This document shows positions 1 to 7,469 of a stretch of DNA of 32,000 nucleotides, piece by piece; position 1 is the stretch's first letter; every line of letters begins with the position of its first letter. The DNA is from Nostoc sp. NMS4 (lineage in GTDB: Bacteria > Cyanobacteriota > Cyanobacteriia > Cyanobacteriales > Nostocaceae). The stretch spans positions 7,148 to 39,147 of the forward strand of contig NZ_JABXKI010000226.1 of assembly GCF_017115095.1 (NCBI RefSeq), given 5' to 3'. The position numbers and the translations under genes are program-made. Under the pieces are notes generated by a model. That model saw nothing but the letters and a program-made list of their open reading frames with translations. It was not told where the DNA came from and made no database searches.

Positions 1-108
1 TTATTCATCAAGCCGTTGGTAAAAGATGCGACAGTGGTTGATATGGTAATTGAGATTTATAGCGATCGTAGTTTTGGTGAAGTGTATTGCGATCGGGCTA
101 ATTCGTAA
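1..108 (+). CDS. 3' end of an unidentified ORF entering from upstream (partial)
   Basis: Frame 1 is open from base 1 to TAA at 106-108 (...EVYCDRANS*). The stop sits in an AATTCGTAATT repeat, like the stops at 4188-4190 and 15489-15491. At 35 codons no family can be assigned. Confidence 0.25.
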   Translation, partial: LFIKPLVKDATVVDMVIEIYSDRSFGEVYCDRANS

Positions 109-139
109 TTGTTTTAAAAGTATTGGGCGAATAGAATTC

Positions 140-225
140 GCTACTACACAAACCAAGTCCACCTCCGTGGACTAAGAAAAAATCAAGGTTTTTAACCCAC
201 GGAGGTGGGTAAAGTCTAGTGTAGC
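140..225. repeat. structured palindromic intergenic element (nested hairpins)
   Basis: CCACCTCCGTGG (159-170) is the exact reverse complement of CCACGGAGGTGG (197-208). Each arm is also a local hairpin (GTCCAC-CTCC-GTGGAC 157-172; ACCCAC-GGAG-GTGGGT 195-210). The outer pair CTACAC 144-149 / GTGTAG 219-224 extends the stem. Confidence 0.5.
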
Positions 226-248
226 CGTGACTTCTAGTCGCCAGGGAT

Positions 249-881
249 TTACTGACAAATTGCTTTTAAAACTTGTAGCAAATGAATTGAACGCTCTCTT
301 TCCATTAAATTTAATTCTGGTAACAGATAATAAATCGGGGGATTTCCTTGTTCGATATAGACAAACTGATAACTTCTACCATTAGTCGTTAATCCCCAAA
401 CTGATTTTTGATTATCTAAATTTTTATAAGAGTATGTGAGTAGCTGAGGTAAACCTGTTGATATATCAATCTGACTATTTTTAGATTCAATTAACAATAC
501 CCAAAAATATCCTTGAGGTTTTGTATGTTTAGCCTTACTAATCGCTAAAATATCAAATCTTCCTTTAATTTTGATATCTTCATCTTCAACTTCAATATCA
601 GCAATATTTTCCTCCAAAATAATCTCGATCGGATAGCGATAAAAACCAGCTAATCTTAGTAAAGGCGCAACTGCAAGAAACTTTACCAGACCTTTAGAAA
701 CTTTGCCTATTGTTAGGTATCTATCAAAGTCATGCTGAATTTGTTTGAGTTCCTGCTGTTCTACTTCAGTGAGAGGTTCCAGAGATAAGTAGTTAGAAAA
801 TGAGTCATTGTACTGTCTTTGAAAGCCAAACAGACGCTGAACTTCTTCTAAGGATAAATTACGAGCGTTGAGAATTGTCAT
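249..881 (-). CDS. PD-(D/E)XK nuclease-fold protein (HsdR-N-like), function unknown
   Basis: ORF 249..920. The ATG at 881, preceded by AAGGAAAAA, is preferred over the TTG at 920. The motif RFDILAI, then 19 aa, then LLIESK, followed by GLPQLLTYSY, fits the D...(D/E)xK plus Q..Y signature of restriction-endonuclease-like folds. It lies directly downstream of xisI on the same strand. Confidence 0.6.
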   Translation of the reverse strand: MTILNARNLSLEEVQRLFGFQRQYNDSFSNYLSLEPLTEVEQQELKQIQHDFDRYLTIGKVSKGLVKFLAVAPLLRLAGFYRYPIEIILEENIADIEVEDEDIKIKGRFDILAISKAKHTKPQGYFWVLLIESKNSQIDISTGLPQLLTYSYKNLDNQKSVWGLTTNGRSYQFVYIEQGNPPIYYLLPELNLMERERSIHLLQVLKAICQ

Positions 882-927
882 ATATTTTTCCTTGATTAAA
901 ACGAAAAAATTATCAGTCAATCAAATT

Positions 928-1263
928 TTAACCCACAGCAAAATCTGTAAACTGTCTTTTATAAGGCGAGTGAAATCCTAAGACAATATCTTGTTTGAGA
1001 ACACCTAAAGCAACTAATTCATCACCAATATTAGCTTCCGTTCCATTATGCTGAATCCAAATTTTTTCATTCTTAATATCTAAATGTAATACACAACCAT
1101 ATACACGCCGCTTATTTTGCCAACCCACATATACTAATTGATAGTGGTCATGTTCGGTATCAAAGATAGTTTGTGCTTCCACTTGACTATCTGATTTTTC
1201 ATACTGACTATATGCTGTTAATAATTGCTTAATGTATTTTCTATATTCATCTAAGTTAGCCAT
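928..1263 (-). CDS. xisI: XisI family protein
   Basis: The 111-aa product (MANLDEYRKYIKQLLTAY...HYQLVYVGWQNKRRVYGCVLHLDIKNEKIWIQHNGTE...) matches my recollection of the XisI family. Its start overlaps the stop of the upstream xisH by 13 nt. Confidence 0.85.
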   Translation of the reverse strand: MANLDEYRKYIKQLLTAYSQYEKSDSQVEAQTIFDTEHDHYQLVYVGWQNKRRVYGCVLHLDIKNEKIWIQHNGTEANIGDELVALGVLKQDIVLGFHSPYKRQFTDFAVG

Positions 1264-1667
1264 TTGACAATCACCTCATTTTCGATGTCATAAATTAGCA
1301 AATATAATTTATTTTGTTGAATTATCATCTGAGGGAATGGCAGCTTAAAAAAAGCTTCGTAGGTATCTGAAGGAACCGCTAAATATAAAATGCGTCCTAG
1401 TTGTTCTTGGGAAAGTGCAAAGCGATAGTTAATAAATTGTCCAAGTGCGGTATGAAATTCAGAAATAGTTGATTGTCCAAGAAAACTCTTAACCTCTACA
1501 GCTATTTTTTGCCCTTCTCTCTCAGCTGCAATAATCTTTTCTGCTCCTAAATCAATATATAATTCAACCAAACCCCACTCTATACGTAAAGGATCATCTG
1601 TAATAGTCCAGCCATCTTTTTGTAAGCCTAATTTTACGACATCGTGAAATTTATCTTTTGCTGACAT
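1251..1667 (-). CDS. xisH: XisH family protein (endonuclease-like fold)
   Basis: MSAKDKFHDVVKLGLQKDGWTITDDPL... is the typical XisH N-terminus, so the second ATG (1667) is preferred over the ATG at 1700. The gene is translationally coupled to xisI. Confidence 0.85.
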   Translation of the reverse strand: MSAKDKFHDVVKLGLQKDGWTITDDPLRIEWGLVELYIDLGAEKIIAAEREGQKIAVEVKSFLGQSTISEFHTALGQFINYRFALSQEQLGRILYLAVPSDTYEAFFKLPFPQMIIQQNKLYLLIYDIENEVIVKWLT

Positions 1668-1759
1668 AACATAGTTGATTAGCTTTGTAGAGCATTCCAT
1701 CTATATATTATCCACCTTCTCAAGGTGTGGAACTTAATATGCAAAATTAATTAACCAAG

Positions 1760-1797
1760 TAACGCACCCGCTTCATCTCATCTGTTCAGGTGCGTTA
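1760..1797 (-). terminator. possible intrinsic terminator after the ABC binding-protein/permease gene
   Basis: TAACGCACC (1760-1768) pairs with GGTGCGTTA (1789-1797), giving a 9-bp stem and a 20-nt loop. On the minus strand it is followed by CTTGGTTAATTAATTTT. The loop is long and the U-tract weak. Confidence 0.3.
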
Positions 1798-1828
1798 ATT
1801 TGCGGCATAACCCATTTACATAAAATTA

Positions 1829-3337
1829 TTAAGTATCGTATTTCCTTTGTCCTTTAACTGGATTCATCCACACTTCTAAGCGACTAAACACCTGTGAAGA
1901 AATTAACGTCAAACATAAATAAACCACCGATACACCTGCGTAAATCTCAAAGGCGCGATAGTTGTCAGCAATAATTAACTGTCCTTTACGTACTAATTCT
2001 TCAAAACCAATCACAGAGACTAAGCTAGTATCTTTTAACAAACTGATAAACTCATTACCCAAAGGTGGAATCATCCGCCGGAAAGCTTGGGGAAAAATTA
2101 CATACCTCATAGTTTGCAGAGAACTCAAACCTAATGATTTTGCTGCTTCTGCTTGTCCTGGTTCAATTGATTGAATTCCAGCACGAACAACTTCGGCAAT
2201 GTATGCAGCACTATTCAAACTTAAGGCAATTACCCCAGCACTTAGACGATCAAAAGAAAATGTCAAACCAAGTTCTTGTAAAATTGCTGGTAAACCAAAG
2301 TAAATCATAAAAATTTGCACCAGCAAAGGCGTTCCTCGAAAAAAATCTACATACGCCCTCGCCAACCAACGCACAGGTGCAATATGAGAAAGGCGAACAA
2401 TACCAATTAAGGAACCGCCAATTAAACCAAACATTACAGAAAGTATCGTCAATTGCAACGTTACCAATGCACCCTGCAATAGACTTGGAAAAGCCTGTAA
2501 AAACACCCGAATTGAAGTTAATATTTTAGGTGCGCCAGCGTTAGTTTGATTCTCAAATGGTGATTTAGCTGGTAGTGATGGCGGTTGAACTTTAAACCAT
2601 TTCTGGTAAATTTTGGCATAAGTGCCATTTTTCAACACTCTATCCAAACCATTATTTATTAATGCCAAATTCGGCGATTTTTTGGCTGTAGCAATGCCGT
2701 AAAATTCCTCTGTCAGCAGTTGCTGTACTATTTTAATTCCCTTGAGATTGCCTGTATTAATGGCATATAAAGTCACAGGCGCATCATTAATTACCGCATC
2801 CACATTACCGTTGAGCAATTCTTGCAAAGCTAAAGGTGCTGAATCAAAACTGCGAATTTGCACCCCAGGAACACTCTTAGCCTTTGCAGCCCCAGTTGTA
2901 CCAAGTTGTACAGCAATTTTTTTATTTTTGAGACTGTCAAAACCAGTAATATTTTGATTATCTGCGCGAATTGCGATCGCTAATCCAGCCTTAAAATAGG
3001 GACGGGAAAAAGAAATCGTCTTCGCCCTTTCCTCTGTAATCGTGATCGAACTAATCGCCGCATCTACCGTTTTGGCTTGCAAAGCGGGGATAATGCCATC
3101 AAAAGGCAGACTTTGAAAATTCACTTTAAAGTTAGCAGAAGAAGCGACCGCATTCATCAAATCAATAGAAAACCCCTGCAACTCGCCACCTTTTCCTTGA
3201 AACTCAAAAGGTGGAAACGCCGGTTCGGTAGCAACCCGCAGAGTTTTACCCGCGCTAGGGTTCACAGCACAGCCAGCCAGTAACAAACAGCAAAAACCCA
3301 CAGCCAGACACCAACGCCCAAAACCAAATTTAACCAT
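1829..3337 (-). CDS. polar amino-acid ABC transporter, fused periplasmic substrate-binding domain + permease (BgtB-like), lipoprotein
   Basis: The N-terminal signal carries a lipobox (LLLAGC). A type-3 SBP-like region follows (LRVATEPAFPPFEF..., FSRPYF). The C-terminal half has His/Glu/Gln-type permease TM segments (EAAKSLGLS...FPQAFRRMIPPLGNEFISLLKDTSL). It is divergent from the cognate ATPase gene. Confidence 0.85.
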   Translation of the reverse strand: MVKFGFGRWCLAVGFCCLLLAGCAVNPSAGKTLRVATEPAFPPFEFQGKGGELQGFSIDLMNAVASSANFKVNFQSLPFDGIIPALQAKTVDAAISSITITEERAKTISFSRPYFKAGLAIAIRADNQNITGFDSLKNKKIAVQLGTTGAAKAKSVPGVQIRSFDSAPLALQELLNGNVDAVINDAPVTLYAINTGNLKGIKIVQQLLTEEFYGIATAKKSPNLALINNGLDRVLKNGTYAKIYQKWFKVQPPSLPAKSPFENQTNAGAPKILTSIRVFLQAFPSLLQGALVTLQLTILSVMFGLIGGSLIGIVRLSHIAPVRWLARAYVDFFRGTPLLVQIFMIYFGLPAILQELGLTFSFDRLSAGVIALSLNSAAYIAEVVRAGIQSIEPGQAEAAKSLGLSSLQTMRYVIFPQAFRRMIPPLGNEFISLLKDTSLVSVIGFEELVRKGQLIIADNYRAFEIYAGVSVVYLCLTLISSQVFSRLEVWMNPVKGQRKYDT

Positions 3338-3425
3338 ATTATTTTCTCTTCCCCTCTGCGCTCTCTGCGCCTCTGCGGTTCGTCAAAAACCTTACAATCA
3401 ACTTTAGAGCAGCTTGACACAAGAA

Positions 3426-4190
3426 ATGAACAATACCATCCCTGCGATTATCTTTGACAATATCGAAAAAAACTTTGGTTCCCTAAAAGTTCTCAAAGGA
3501 ATCACCGGCGAAATCAACCGAGGAGAAGTCGTTGCAGTTATCGGTTCCTCCGGCTGTGGTAAAAGTACCCTACTACGCTGCTTCAACCGCCTAGAAACCA
3601 TTGACAAAGGGCGTTTAATCATCAACGGTATCAACTTATCTCGACCCACTGTCAACTATAGCCAACTGCGGCAACTACGAACACAAGTAGGTATGGTTTT
3701 TCAACAATTCAACTTGTTTCCCCATCTGTGCGTCTTAGAAAATATGACACTCGCACCGCGTAAAGTCTTAGGTAAAACACCGAAAGAAAGCGCCCAACTA
3801 GCAGAGTTATATCTCGAAAAAGTTGGCTTATCTGACAAAGCCTCTGCTTATCCCGAACAACTTTCTGGTGGACAAAAGCAACGAGTAGCGATCGCGCGTA
3901 GTTTGTGTATGAATCCCCAAATCATGCTATTTGACGAACCCACCAGCGCCCTAGATCCCGAACTCGTCGGCGAAGTTCTGCAAGTAATGCAGCAATTAGC
4001 CACAGAAGGCATGACAATGGTAGTTGTCACCCATGAAATGCAGTTTGCAAAAGAAGTAGCCCATCAAGTGATATTTTTAGACCAAGGTATTGTCACAGAA
4101 CAAGGCGCAGCCTACGAAGTACTGACTAATCCCCAAAGCGATCGCCTACGTATGTTTCTAAGTCGCCTTAAAATAATTCGTAATTCGTAA
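3426..4190 (+). CDS. polar amino-acid ABC transporter ATP-binding protein (GlnQ/BgtA-like)
   Basis: Walker A is GSSGCGKST, the signature motif is LSGGQKQR and Walker B is [12 protein letters not shown]. The ATG at 3426 (MNNTIPAII) is preferred over the TTG at 3414. The C-terminal IIRNS* is encoded by AATTCGT heptamers. Confidence 0.9.
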   Translation: MNNTIPAIIFDNIEKNFGSLKVLKGITGEINRGEVVAVIGSSGCGKSTLLRCFNRLETIDKGRLIINGINLSRPTVNYSQLRQLRTQVGMVFQQFNLFPHLCVLENMTLAPRKVLGKTPKESAQLAELYLEKVGLSDKASAYPEQLSGGQKQRVAIARSLCMNPQIMLFDEPTSALDPELVGEVLQVMQQLATEGMTMVVVTHEMQFAKEVAHQVIFLDQGIVTEQGAAYEVLTNPQSDRLRMFLSRLKIIRNS

Positions 4191-4266
4191 TGACGCGACG
4201 CTCGAATACTCGCTACCGCTACGCTATCGAAGACTCGCTACCGCTACGCTAACGTAATTCGTAATT
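4175..4266. repeat. AATTCGT-heptamer-bounded dispersed repeat with an internal 19-nt direct duplication
   Basis: The sequence is AATTCGTAATTCGTAATGACGC ... ACTCGCTACCGCTACGCTA (twice, 4208-4226 and 4233-4251) ... AACGTAATTCGTAATT. A related copy lies at 15490-15557. Confidence 0.7.
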
Positions 4267-4281
4267 AAAGGCTTCTTTTAA

Positions 4282-4334
4282 ACTCAGCACTCCTAACTCC
4301 TAACTCCTAACTCAGCACTCAGCACTCAGCACTC
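4282..4334. repeat. STRR-like heptamer tract (ACTCAGC / ACTCCTA)
   Basis: Seven and a half consecutive 7-nt units read directly. The same units recur at 6841-6882 and 17293-17316. Confidence 0.85.
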
Positions 4335-4335
4335 T

Positions 4336-4536
4336 TTAAAGATATTCGCGCAAGAAATCAAAGGGATCGTCCTCCCAACAAGGTTCAGGTATTAGCCAAA
4401 ATAAACTACTGTGGATATCAGCTTCAATTTCATCACCGTCATCTCTATCAAATAGTTCTATCAAAGCTGTCCAATCACGTTCTCTGAGAGATATTAACGA
4501 TGGGGCATATACCTGGAGATTGTTTGAGTAATTCAC
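4336..4536 (-). CDS. small acidic hypothetical protein (uncertain)
   Basis: The ORF is 66-68 codons with no ATG, only TTG (4542) or GTG (4536) starts. The product is Asp/Glu-rich (FDRDDGDEIEADIH...WEDDPFDFLREYL). No family recognised. Confidence 0.3.
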   Translation of the reverse strand: MNYSNNLQVYAPSLISLRERDWTALIELFDRDDGDEIEADIHSSLFWLIPEPCWEDDPFDFLREYL

Positions 4537-4816
4537 GCGCAAAGTTGTGCTTGACAGCCGTAAAAAGTTAGTATAGAAATTTGTAAATAATCAGAGTTTA
4601 GCTTTGATAACCGCAGTTACACTAATTCAAAATACAAAATGCAAAATTAAAAATGTCTGATTTAATCTGGCTTTCTAGGTTTGTATCTGTCACATTATTT
4701 TTTAAAATGGGTATTAAATAATTATTTTTATACTATTAAATATGGACTACTCTCATAAGTGTCTCACAATTTATATAGGACTGCTATAGTATTTATTACA
4801 TAATTACAAGCTGAAT

Positions 4817-5509
4817 TTACTCAGACCGGAAAAATTCTTGGGGCTGAGATTCTACTAATTCCACGCCAAAGACTTCTGCAAAAGATTGTGCTATATAAAA
4901 ACGCACTTCTTGGCAGGTGATACCTGGAATCCATTGGGCTAAACTGCCTACAGGTTTGTCAGAAATACCGCAGGGTACAATGCGCTCAAAGCCTGTCATC
5001 TCTGGACAAACATTTAACGCAAAGCCATGCATAGTAATCCAACGGCTGACTTTAATCCCAATAGCCGCAACTTTTCGCCCTTGCAACCAAACGCCAGTAA
5101 AAGCCGGAATTCTTTCTCCTTCCAATCCATAAACTGCCAATACGCGAATTATTACTTCTTCGAGTTGCCGTAAATACCAATGGAGGTCTTTACGATAACG
5201 TTGCAGATTTAAAATTGGATAGCCCACCAGTTGTCCGGGACAATGGTAAGTAACCTCGCCGCCTCGTTCAACTCGATGCACATCATACTCACCTTTGTCA
5301 ATATCAAATTTGAGAAAATCTAAGTTGCTTCCTTGTCCCAGAGTATAGACAGGTGGATGTTCTAGCAAAATTAACACGTCATCTAGACTGGGATCATGAA
5401 TGCGCTCAGTTAGAAGCGATCGCTGCCATCGATGAGCTTCCAAGTAAGGCATTAATCCTTGATTATAAAACAAACAAAGGTTTTTATGTGGATATCTACT
5501 ATGGATCAT
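4817..5509 (-). CDS. lipB: lipoyl(octanoyl) transferase
   Basis: [40 protein letters not shown] (catalytic Lys region) and VPCG (catalytic Cys) match LipB. The ATG at 5509 is preferred over the TTG at 5521. Confidence 0.9.
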   Translation of the reverse strand: MIHSRYPHKNLCLFYNQGLMPYLEAHRWQRSLLTERIHDPSLDDVLILLEHPPVYTLGQGSNLDFLKFDIDKGEYDVHRVERGGEVTYHCPGQLVGYPILNLQRYRKDLHWYLRQLEEVIIRVLAVYGLEGERIPAFTGVWLQGRKVAAIGIKVSRWITMHGFALNVCPEMTGFERIVPCGISDKPVGSLAQWIPGITCQEVRFYIAQSFAEVFGVELVESQPQEFFRSE

Positions 5510-6127
5510 GCCAAAAATCAACCGTATAAAGAACTAAATATATTTCAAGTTACAGAATTAGAATCAAAAATTGTCAAGTTTTGCAAAGGATTTTAAAGGA
5601 AAGTCAAGGGAACCTGCATTAGAAAATACAAAGTGCTAGTTTGAATATTAACCTCAATAGGTTTTAGGAGGAATTCTCTGTAATAAGCATCATGCCAAGA
5701 CGATAAGAACGAATGGATTGGCTGATGACTCTTATAACATTGCTTGCATTTCAAACAGAATCAAACTTCCACAAAGCCTTGTATTCTTAAACAACAGCAA
5801 GCAAACCTCAATCGAACACAGAAGGAGCAACTATCAACAGTTCTGTAGGCGTTCTTTTAAAGGAAAAGGTAGTCGTAGGAGCTACAATTAGATTCCCTTA
5901 CTCAAGAGTTCTAAGTGGATATCCAATTGGATACCAGCGCAGAGATGAGGAGGTCAATCAAGGTTATACTTGACAACAACTCAGATGCAGCAAGCTGAGA
6001 GACAGCTTACCAGCAGTAGATACAATATAGTTCACAATTTGTTTTGGCGGAAGTAATAAAACTTACCGCAACTTCTTTTCATACAAAGCAAATTCACACA
6101 TCCAAATATTCAGTGGGAGAGTATTAC

Positions 6128-6775
6128 ATGAAGCTTGTCATCCACGGCAAAAATATTGAAATCACCGATGCGATTCGTGAGTATGTACATCAAAAGATTG
6201 AAAAAGCAGTTAGTCACTTTCAGAGCATTACAAATGAAGTGGATGTGCATCTTAGCGTCGCCCGGAATCCCCGAATTAATACTAGACAAGCGGCTGAAGT
6301 AACTATTTATGCTAATGGTAGCATTATTCGTGCCGAGGAAAGCAGCGAAAGCCTGTATGCCAGCATTGACTTAGTTGCAGATAAAATTGCCCGTCAACTG
6401 CGGAAATACAAAGAACGTCGTCAAGATCAGAAAACTCATACTCTACCAACAGAAACAGTTGTTGAAGAGTTGGTAGTCACAGATTTAATTGGCGATCGCA
6501 CCCCCGAATTGCCCAACGAAGTCGTCCGCACCAAGTATTTTTCCATGCCGCCAATGACCCTTGCAGAAGCCCTGGAACAACTGCAACTAGTGGGACACGA
6601 CTTTTATATGTTCCACAATTCTGAAACTGGAGAGATTAATGTAATTTACGAACGTAACCACGGCGGTTATGGTGTAATCCATCCCCGCAATGGTAACGGA
6701 CACACTAACGGCAAGAATGGCAAGGCAAGCCACGCTAATATTGTCATGCCGGAAAAGTCGCATTCGAGTAAATAG
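6128..6775 (+). CDS. hpf: ribosome hibernation-promoting factor, long form (LrtA-like)
   Basis: [31 protein letters not shown] is the S30AE/sigma-54-modulation N-domain. The C-terminal region [33 protein letters not shown] is the long-HPF dimerisation domain. The ATG at 6128 is preceded by GGGAGAG. Confidence 0.9.
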   Translation: MKLVIHGKNIEITDAIREYVHQKIEKAVSHFQSITNEVDVHLSVARNPRINTRQAAEVTIYANGSIIRAEESSESLYASIDLVADKIARQLRKYKERRQDQKTHTLPTETVVEELVVTDLIGDRTPELPNEVVRTKYFSMPPMTLAEALEQLQLVGHDFYMFHNSETGEINVIYERNHGGYGVIHPRNGNGHTNGKNGKASHANIVMPEKSHSSK

Positions 6776-6780
6776 GGACT

Positions 6781-6834
6781 GGGGATGAAGGGAGATGAGG
6801 GAGACAAGGGAGACAAGGGAGACAAGGAGATAAA
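6781..6834. repeat. 9-nt tandem repeat (GGGAGACAA-type, 6 units)
   Basis: GGGGATGAA GGGAGATGA GGGAGACAA GGGAGACAA GGGAGACAA GGAGATAAA, read directly. It lies between the convergent hpf and prxQ genes. The same unit occurs inside ask (28599-28713). Confidence 0.85.
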
Positions 6835-6840
6835 CAAAAG

Positions 6841-6882
6841 TCCTAACTCCTAACTCCTAACTCAGCACTCAGCACTCCTAAC
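6841..6882. repeat. STRR-like heptamer tract (TCCTAAC / TCAGCAC, 6 units)
   Basis: Read directly. It belongs to the same unit family as 4282-4334. Confidence 0.85.
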
Positions 6883-6899
6883 GCCCAATGACCATTCCC

Positions 6900-7358
6900 T
6901 CATTTCGCAAGCTGTTGCAAAGTTTTCAACGCTTCCTCGACGTGACCTTTAAAATTAAACATTGAATCAAACACGTATTGCACAACTCCCTGTTGGTCAA
7001 TAACGTAAGTAACGCGACCAGGGAACAAGCCAAAGGCTGCTGTTGCGCCATATAGCTTACGCACTTGGTCGCTTTTGTCAGTTAACAAAGTAAAAGGTAG
7101 ATTGTATTTCGCAGCAAATCGCTGGTGAGATTCGCTTGAGTCAGCACTTACGCCAACAACTTCAGCACCAGCAGTTTTAAACACTTCATATTGATCGCGA
7201 AAGGCGCAGGATTCAGCAGTACATCCAGGCGTGTCATCTTTGGGATAAAAATATAGGATAACAGCCTTTTTGCCGCGAAAATCTTGGAGGCTAACTGTCG
7301 ATCCGTTTTGAGCAGGTAGAGTGAAATTAGGAGCTGTATCTCCAACTTTGATTGGCAT
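6900..7358 (-). CDS. bcp: peroxiredoxin, BCP/PrxQ type
   Basis: [17 protein letters not shown] carries the peroxidatic Cys and a second Cys 5 residues later, which is typical of BCP/PrxQ. The product is 152 aa with an ATG start. Confidence 0.9.
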   Translation of the reverse strand: MPIKVGDTAPNFTLPAQNGSTVSLQDFRGKKAVILYFYPKDDTPGCTAESCAFRDQYEVFKTAGAEVVGVSADSSESHQRFAAKYNLPFTLLTDKSDQVRKLYGATAAFGLFPGRVTYVIDQQGVVQYVFDSMFNFKGHVEEALKTLQQLAK

Positions 7359-7469
7359 AACAAGTAGTGGTAAAGACTTAACAAAATTTTACCTTATATT
7401 TAAGTCTAGCTAATTGCTACAGCACTTAGTTAATGCGAAATGCCTTATTAAAAGGAAAAAGCTTGGTAG

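Noticed and set aside
928-1667. Border of an fdxN-type developmentally excised element
   Set aside because: Only xisH/xisI are present. No XisF/XisA/XisC recombinase, no interrupted nif/fdx/hup gene and no recognisable recombination-site repeats are visible in the window.
3393-3419. Sigma70-type promoter for the ATPase gene (TACAAT at 3393-3398, TTGACA at 3414-3419)
   Set aside because: The hexamers are in the wrong order and spacing to form a single -35/-10 pair, so no promoter is called without transcript mapping.
3404-3655. 83-aa minus-strand ORF, plus 3848-4030 (-), antisense to the ABC ATPase gene
   Set aside because: They are antisense to a CDS with unambiguous Walker and signature motifs, and are rich in Arg/Ser/Leu, which is typical of antisense frames.
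4520-4537. 16-nt identity TTTGAGTAATTCACGC shared between about 4520-4537 and 24113-24128
   Set aside because: In 32 kb of AT-rich sequence read on both strands, one chance 16-mer match is not very improbable (expectation roughly 0.2-0.5), and there is no extended flanking similarity.
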